Assembly: GCA_965213685.1 (NCBI GenBank)
Contig: CBDBZY010000036.1
Location: 32,001 to 96,000 of the forward strand
DNA: 64,000 nucleotides
Reading direction: 5' to 3'
Source: a bacterium
GTDB lineage: Bacteria; UBA8248
Of the stretch, positions 57,710-64,000 are shown piece by piece. The notes beneath the pieces were generated by a model. It ran no database searches. It saw only the letters and a program-made list of their open reading frames with translations, and was not told where the DNA came from. The position numbers and the translations under genes are program-made. Position 1 is the stretch's first letter. Every line of letters begins with the position of its first letter.

Positions 57710-58864
57710 TCAAGAATCAAACAAATAGCGGGAGATGAGATTGCGATGTATCTCGCTCGTGCCCTCCCCGAGGGTGAACACCCGGGCGTCGCGCCAAAAC
57801 AGCCCCGCGGGCTTCTCCGCGATGTATCCGTATCCGCCGTGCATCTGTATGCCCCTGTCGCACACGCGCAGGCAGGCCTCGGACGCGAAAAGTTTCGCCA
57901 TGGCCACTTCTTTCCTGTTCTCCTCCCCCCGGTCCCGCATCCTGGCGGCATTTGCGACCATCTCGCGCGCGACTGCAATGTCAATGGCACTCTCCGCCAT
58001 CATCCCGCGCAAGCCGGAAAACTCCGAGACAGGCCTGCCGAACGCCTCGCGCCCCTTCGCGTGGGATACCGCCGCATCGAGGGACGCCTGCGCTATCCCG
58101 ACGCACATGGCGCCCAGAACGACTCTCCCGTCATTCAGGACGCGCATCGCCTGCCGCAGACCGTCTCCGGCGTTTCCGATGAGACGGCTCTGCGGGATTT
58201 CACAATTCTCAAAAAACACCTCCGCCGCGTTGGAGGAAAGCATTCCGATAGGTTTGGCAAGCGGGACGCTCTTGCGGCCCGCATCCCCCCGCTCTATCAA
58301 GAACGCGCTCACCCCCTTCTCCCCTCCGGGTGCGCGGGCGAAAATGATCATGCTCTCAAAGCGCATCCCCTGCGTGACGAACATCTTCGAGCCGTTGATG
58401 ATGTAGGCATTTCCGCGGGGTGCGGCCGCACACTCCAGGGCCGCCGCATGGCTGCCCGCGACCCGTTCGGTGATAGCCCACGCCCCCACCGCGCCTGCGG
58501 TGAGAGGAGGAATCCACCTCTCCTTCTGCTCCTGCGTTCCGTAGCGCAACAAATGACCGCCGCACAAGCCTGCCGATACGCTCAGCGTAAGGGCGAAACT
58601 CGCGTCGCCGCGGGCCAACTCCTCCAGCACGAGGCATTCGTGAAACAGGCCGAGGCCGCGGCCGCCCAGGCTTTCGGGAATTTTGACGCCGACCAGCCCC
58701 TTCGCCGCCGCCTCTTTGTAGAGGTCGAAGGAGAACGCGGCCGCCCGGTCGCGCTCCAACGCCCCGCCGGCCAGCCGCTTTTGAGCGAATTGCCGGGCCT
58801 GTTCCCGCAAGGCGGATTCTGTCTCCGTCCATTCCGCGCACCCCGCGATAGCCAAGGGCGTCAT
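57710..58864 (-). CDS. Acyl-CoA dehydrogenase
   Basis: AITE, NGSKMFVT, REAFG, HGGYGY, GEGTSEI. Confidence 0.92.
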   Translation of the reverse strand: MTPLAIAGCAEWTETESALREQARQFAQKRLAGGALERDRAAAFSFDLYKEAAAKGLVGVKIPESLGGRGLGLFHECLVLEELARGDASFALTLSVSAGLCGGHLLRYGTQEQKERWIPPLTAGAVGAWAITERVAGSHAAALECAAAPRGNAYIINGSKMFVTQGMRFESMIIFARAPGGEKGVSAFLIERGDAGRKSVPLAKPIGMLSSNAAEVFFENCEIPQSRLIGNAGDGLRQAMRVLNDGRVVLGAMCVGIAQASLDAAVSHAKGREAFGRPVSEFSGLRGMMAESAIDIAVAREMVANAARMRDRGEENRKEVAMAKLFASEACLRVCDRGIQMHGGYGYIAEKPAGLFWRDARVFTLGEGTSEIHRNLISRYLFDS

Positions 58865-59850
58865 CCTCCCATCGCCTGGAGTGCCGGCACAATTTCCTCG
58901 CCCAGCAGCGCCAGCCGATGCGGGTTCGCCTCCAGGTCGGGGATCGTGACCAGCAGGTGGTTCACGCCCGCCCGGGGATATTCCCTGAGCCGAGCGATGC
59001 AATCATCGGGCGTGCCGAAGATCGCCCCCGAATCCGGGATGACGCCCAGCCTCTCGCGCGCCGCCCGCGCCGTGGCCCTGTCCTTCTCCGGAATCACCAT
59101 GGCCATCAAGGAAGCGCGCACGCTGTCCGGGTCCCTGCCGCTCTTTTTGCATTCAGCCTCTATTTCGGGCCTTTTCTCCAAAAACTGCGCGGGCGTCCAC
59201 CAGCGGCAATTGTAGCCATCCGCCTGGCGTGCCGAAACGCCGAGGAGCTTGTCGCCCTCCCCGCCCGTCCAGATCGGCGGGTGCGGCCTTTGCGCGGGAG
59301 GCGGGTGGCAAACGCCGTCTTGCACCTGAAAATACGCGCCCTTGAAACGGGGGGAGGCCTCCGTCCACATCGCGCGTATCAACTGGATGGCTTCTTCCAT
59401 TTGCTTGATCCGTACCGAAATGCGCGGATATGGATACCCATACGCGCGATACTCGCTTTCAATCCAGCCCGCCCCGATTCCGAAATCCACCCGGCCCCTG
59501 CTGATGACGTCGACCGTGGCCGCCATCTTCGCCAGCATGGCTGGCGGCCGATACCCCACGCACGTCACCAGCGTTCCCAGGCGCAGCGTCCGGGTGTCGC
59601 GCGCGAGGGCGGCGAGGGCCGTCCAGGGCTCCAGAATCGCGGTATCCGCGGATTGCTCCTTCTCCTCCTGGCTACCGAATCCGGTCTGGCTTCCATAGGA
59701 GGCCGGGTCGAGCGTCACGAAGTGATCGCAATGCCAGAGGGAGTGGAGGCCGACTCTCTCCGCTTCCTGGGCAATCTCCCGCAACTTCTCGTAGTTGCCG
59801 ACATACAAGCCCTTGAGCGTCAGGGCAACGATGATACCGACTTCCACCAT
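58861..59850 (-). CDS. LLM-class (possibly F420-dependent) oxidoreductase
   Basis: CDHF, EPWTALAALA, LGTLV, YRPPAMLAKMAATVD, GIGAGW, PPIWTGG. Confidence 0.9.
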   Translation of the reverse strand: MVEVGIIVALTLKGLYVGNYEKLREIAQEAERVGLHSLWHCDHFVTLDPASYGSQTGFGSQEEKEQSADTAILEPWTALAALARDTRTLRLGTLVTCVGYRPPAMLAKMAATVDVISRGRVDFGIGAGWIESEYRAYGYPYPRISVRIKQMEEAIQLIRAMWTEASPRFKGAYFQVQDGVCHPPPAQRPHPPIWTGGEGDKLLGVSARQADGYNCRWWTPAQFLEKRPEIEAECKKSGRDPDSVRASLMAMVIPEKDRATARAARERLGVIPDSGAIFGTPDDCIARLREYPRAGVNHLLVTIPDLEANPHRLALLGEEIVPALQAMGG

Positions 59851-59992
59851 ATGGCGCGTCCCCCTCCCGGCGGGAAACACAAAGATTCGTTGCGCATCCG
59901 ATTATCCTATCAGCAATGCGGGCGCGAAACGACCAGAATCGAACCTCTCCGTCCCCGCCTCTTTCCCGAGGGAAATTCTTTCCGGGGGAAAC

Positions 59993-60875
59993 CTATTTGC
60001 CCAGAGCGACCCCGAACGCTCCCAGGACGGACAGAAAACCGCCCGCCACAACGCGCCAGCCCACGGCCTCCTGCTTTCGGAAAAACAGCCAGGACATGAA
60101 AATGATGAGCAACACCGACAGGCGATTCAGGGGAATCAGCTGAACGATGTCCCCCGTCTTGAGGGAGGACCAGAAGAAGAAGGCCGCCAAGGCGTTCAGA
60201 CACGCACCACACAGAACGGCCAGGAGTCCTTTTCTGTCCCAGGACTTGGGGGCTCTCCCCTCCACGGAGAACGGCAGGACAAGCAGCATGGCGGAGAATG
60301 CCGTCATGCTGCCGATCGTCATTCCGAATGACGAGGACGGCAGTATCAGCAGACCGAACTTCCCGAACAGGTGCGTCATGGCGAACAAGACGGCCGTCCC
60401 CAGCGGGGCCAGGTAATAATACAGGGGAATGCGCTTTTGGATCTCCCCCTTTTCATAGACCAGAAGGATGGAGCCCGTCATGATGGCCAGCGTGCCGGTG
60501 GCGATGAGCCATGTCATTTCCTCGCCCAGGAAAACTACTCCGAACGATGCCGCCCACACGAGGCTGGTCTGGGTCGCGATGGATGAGCGGGCCAATCCCA
60601 CCAGCTTCATCCCGACGAGGCTCAGGTACCGCCCCATGAATCCGCCCTGAAATCCCCATGGCGCAAAACCAGAGGACGCCGCCGGGCGGCCATTCCGCCG
60701 CGCCGCCTTCCAGAAGGTAAAACGTGGCGCCGAAAGACATCTGCACGGCGGCCATGATGAGATTCATGACAACGGGACTCAGCCGCGCCACTCCGCTGCG
60801 ATACAGGGTGCGCGCGAAGGCGATGAAGCATGCGGCAATGAGAACCAGAACGTTGGGGTGAAGAAAATCGACCAA
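59993..60875 (-). CDS. DMT/EamA transporter, frameshifted near 60650
   Basis: The N-terminal half (60453..60875) and C-terminal half (59993..60637) join by removing one base in a G-run; paralog of the next gene. Confidence 0.8.
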
Positions 60876-60878
60876 GGC

Positions 60879-61775
60879 CTACTTCCCCGTCACGATGGCA
60901 AAAGCGCCGAAAAGCGCGAGAAATCCGCCGCCGCCGACGCGCCAGGTCACATTTTCCTGCTCCCGGAACAGCAGCCAGGAGAGGAAGATGATCAGCAGGA
61001 CGGACAGGCGGGTCAATGGGATGACGCGGGTGATCTCGCCCAGTTTCACCGAAGACCAAAAGAAAAAAACGCCGCATCCCTGAAACGCAGCGCCCAGGAG
61101 AAGGGCGACATACCCCTTTTTCGCATCGCGCGCGCCGCGCTCTTTCCCCTTTGGCGCGAGAGGCAGCATTCCCAGCAAGAACGCGAGAGAGGTCGTATTC
61201 GCAATCGCCATCCCGAAAGCGGAGGACGGAATCCATTCAAACGCGAACTTCCCCACGAGGTGGGCGAATGCGTACATCAGCGCGGAGGCGATGGGTATCG
61301 CGTAGTAGTGGGGAGGAATCTTCTGGCCGACGTCCCCCCGGGGATGATACACGAGCATGCTCGCACCGCACATGATGCACAAAATTCCGACCGCCTTCTG
61401 AAGCGACACGTGCTCCCCCAACACGAAAACGGCCAGAATGGACGCCCACACCAGCACGGTCTGGCTCATCACCGCCGCGCGCGCCAGCCCCGTGTAGCGG
61501 ATCGCCACAAAGTTGATATACCGGCCCGCAAAGCTCCCGAAGAAACCCATCGCCATGAACCAGAGAACCCCCTGGTAGGGGATCCGCTCCAGCGACCCCT
61601 CCAGCCGGTAGAAGAGCCAGCCCATGGTCGCCGTCACGCATCCCATGAGCAGATTCGCCGTGTGCATTTTCAGGCGCGCGATCGCATACCGTTGGGAGAC
61701 GCGGGCAAAGGCGATCAGCGTGGCCGAGCAGAGCGCCAGAACGTTCGGGTGAATAAAATCGAGCAAGACGTCCAC
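60879..61775 (-). CDS. DMT/EamA transporter
   Basis: About 10 TM segments in two repeats, LGE and FREQE motifs. Confidence 0.88.
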   Translation of the reverse strand: MDVLLDFIHPNVLALCSATLIAFARVSQRYAIARLKMHTANLLMGCVTATMGWLFYRLEGSLERIPYQGVLWFMAMGFFGSFAGRYINFVAIRYTGLARAAVMSQTVLVWASILAVFVLGEHVSLQKAVGILCIMCGASMLVYHPRGDVGQKIPPHYYAIPIASALMYAFAHLVGKFAFEWIPSSAFGMAIANTTSLAFLLGMLPLAPKGKERGARDAKKGYVALLLGAAFQGCGVFFFWSSVKLGEITRVIPLTRLSVLLIIFLSWLLFREQENVTWRVGGGGFLALFGAFAIVTGK

Positions 61776-61995
61776 CTTTTATGGGGATTATGGGGAATTT
61801 CACCTATGGCGTCCGTGCGCCGGGGAGCGCGACGAAAGCTCTCCCTCCCTCTCTCTTTGCGCCGGCGCGCGTGCGGGGGCGCATCCTGTGGCGCCCGGAT
61901 ACGGGGAGAAAATTTCTTGACGTGATGGGACACGTGGGAGGCGAAATGCGCGCCCGCCCGGGAGGAGTGGAGACTATCTGCAATGAGGGGAGGCG

Positions 61996-62356
61996 CTACA
62001 TCTCCTCCAGGGTTTTGTTGACATGGGCGAGGTCCCCGATAGCCCGGAAAATGCTCGACATACGGACAATCCTCCGGCAACCCCCCCATCTCGATGATCT
62101 CCGCCCCGATCGGCATGCACAACGGCTCTTTCTCGAAGCGCTCGGCATAGACGCCGCAGCGGCTCGTCCCGACGTCCAGGTGCGGACACGCGCTCCTCAG
62201 CAACAGAAGCCTCTCCCCCTCCCACACCTTGTCGTAGCAGCACTTCCCGCAGCCGTTGCAGAGCGCCTCCCATTCCGGCGTGCCCGGGGGCGGCAGATTC
62301 TCGTCCATCCATCGTTGAATTTCATCGATGCGACGCTCTTTTTCCGTTTTGTGCAT
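61996..62356 (-). CDS. YcgN/YkgJ-type cysteine-cluster protein (probable frameshift near C-terminus)
   Basis: WEALCNGCGKCC, CPHLD, RCGVYAERF, LPEDCPY; a short AHVNKTLEEM-stop tail sits in an adjacent frame. Confidence 0.78.
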
Positions 62357-62493
62357 CGGGATGATTTCCGGGCGCTCCCGCTTCCGGCGCCTGGCGGAGC
62401 GCGCTCTCTCCCGGAGGCCGCCGGCGTCCGCCCTTCGTTTTCCTGGAGAGCGTCCGCTTCGAGCGGCGGGCGTTCGGAGCCATCGGATTCTCT

Positions 62494-63279
62494 CTAGCGA
62501 TCCCGGAAGCGGGCGAGGCGCTTTTCCATGAAGGCCCGCAGCCCCTCCTGTGCGTCTTCTTCCGCGCTGTTCACCAGACCGAATTTCTCCGTCTCCAGCG
62601 CCAGGCCGGCCTCCAGATCGGTCTCCAGCCCAAGGTGGACGGCCTCCAGAATCAACGCGACGGCGGGCCTGCTCTTGGACGCCAGCTTTTGCGCCAGCGC
62701 GCGCGCCTCCTCCATCAGGGCGTCCGGCTCGCAGACCTTGTTCACCAGTCCCATCCGGTAGGCTTCCGGGGCGCCTATCGACTCGCCCGTCAGCAGCATC
62801 TCCAGGGCGCGTCCCGCCCCAATCAGGCGGGGCAGGCGCTGGGTGCCGCCGTAGCCGGGAATGATGCCGAGGCTGATCTCCGGCTGGCCGAACTGCGCGT
62901 TGCGCGACGCCAGGCGAATCGAGCACGCCATCGCCACCTCGCAGCCGCCGCCCAAGGCGAAGCCGTTGACCGCCGCAATCGTGGGCTTTCCGATGGTCTC
63001 CAGTGCCCGGAGGATTCCGCTGCCGTGCCCGGAGAGCCGGCGCGCCGAGAGCGGATCGCGCCCCCGCCATCCCCTTGATGTCGGCGCCGGCGATGAAGGC
63101 CCTCTCTCCTGATCCCGTCAATATCAACGCTTTCAATGCGTTATCGCCCCGAACCTCTTCTATGAGGTGCGCAAGCTCATCCATCGTCTCTGTATTCAGG
63201 GCGTTTAGCACCGGGGGCGATGAAAGATGCAGGTGGCGACCGGACCGTCGGTTTCGTAGATAATGTTCTTGTAATTCAA
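62494..63279 (-). CDS. Enoyl-CoA hydratase/crotonase, with several frameshifts
   Basis: LNAL, AFIAGADI, GGGCE, FGQPEISLGIIPGYGGTQRL and EGLRAFMEKR are spread over different frames; TTG start inferred. Confidence 0.8.
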
Positions 63280-63527
63280 TGCGTTAGCGCCTTTTTTTCG
63301 GGGAAAATACGTCAATTCTCAAACCGCACCGCCTCGCGCGCGTTCCCCTTCCGCGTCTCCAGGGGTGTCCTTTCACTCGTACCGCACCGCCAGCAATCTC
63401 TCCGCACCGGCAACCATCATCCGTTGCGGCGCGTTCATACTTTGGAGGGTCGCACATGCGGGGCGGCGGATCAAGGACGCGCGAGACAGCGGCCGCTGCC
63501 GGGAGGCGTTCCGCGCCCGAGAGCTCC

Positions 63528-64000
63528 TCAGGCGTCGCCGCCCTCCGCGTGGTGGCGGGCGAGAATGTCGTGGAGGTCGTTGGGGCTCCTCGACACGTCC
63601 CACGACCAGCGGCCGTAGCCGCCGTGCGCGTTGACGGCGCGGACCCATTCGGCGAGGAAGCTACGCTTGGTCTTGTCCGGCTCTCTTTCCAGCCCCTTGG
63701 TTTCCAGAACCAGCATGGCGCCGGAACGCAGCCGAACGAGGAAATCGGGCCGATACTTCCGCTCCCTGCCGTCATGGAAGTAGGGGACCTCGAAGCCCAG
63801 ATGCTCGTTCTTCGCCCAGGCTTCCACCTCGGGGGCGCGGTCGAGGTGACGGGCCTCCGACTCCTCCCACGCGCTGTCGCAGACGCAGAAATTGATGTGG
63901 CTGCGCTCGGTGGGCACGTAGCGCCTGCCCGTGTGCCACCTGCCCATGTCGCCGGTGGAGCGGATGGGCCTGTCCCGATCGAACACCGGCTCCAGGCTTT
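63528..64000 (-). CDS. Type III-like restriction endonuclease (Res) C-terminal nuclease domain (partial)
   Basis: SHINFCVCDSAWE, WAKNEHLGFEVPY, YRPDFLV...LETKG (PD-(D/E)xK), WVRAVNAHGGYGRW. Confidence 0.82.
   Translation of the reverse strand, partial: SLEPVFDRDRPIRSTGDMGRWHTGRRYVPTERSHINFCVCDSAWEESEARHLDRAPEVEAWAKNEHLGFEVPYFHDGRERKYRPDFLVRLRSGAMLVLETKGLEREPDKTKRSFLAEWVRAVNAHGGYGRWSWDVSRSPNDLHDILARHHAEGGDA

Noticed and set aside
61715-63211. Crotonase-YcgN fusion protein (498 aa)
   Set aside because: Artefact of frameshifts; the crotonase ends at 62494 and the Cys-cluster gene has its own start at 62356
1-64000. CRISPR arrays, rRNA, transposases, prophage, selABC
   Set aside because: None recognised by eye in this window; any Sec machinery must lie elsewhere

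Overview
GC-rich bacterial chromosomal window that is mostly housekeeping and catabolic. It runs from the 5' end of secA (left edge) to the 3' end of a type III-like restriction endonuclease gene (right edge). Between them are an uncharacterised catabolic run (cyclase, ACAD, enolase-superfamily, FAH, CMD, SDR), lgt/degP/ridA/mobA/moeA, a TctCBA transporter, a GntR-led three-subunit 2-oxoacid:ferredoxin oxidoreductase, glnE, pckA, tRNA-Gly(GCC), a TauT-type ABC transporter, mtaB, a coxM-coxS-coxD-coxE cluster with no large subunit, a GlnR-like regulator with glnA, meaB and two DMT paralogs. Most notable: (1) two genes split in the ORF track by an in-frame TGA that falls on the first Cys of a CxxC motif, each followed by a SECIS-like hairpin, so probable selenoproteins (exported DUF3179 protein with UPLC; FrnE/DsbA-like protein with UPWC); (2) an oxalate-oxidoreductase-like enzyme (YPIRP motif) with altered active-site acids, flanked by an FGE-fold protein with an SH3-like insert, TctCBA and an MFS; (3) several enzymes with non-canonical catalytic residues, an uncalled 48-aa ORF and a probable CTG start. 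Two zones (about 29.7-31.7 kb and 60.6-63.3 kb) carry clustered frameshifts, probably sequencing indels. All family calls come from motif recognition by eye and remembered reference sequences; no database search was run.
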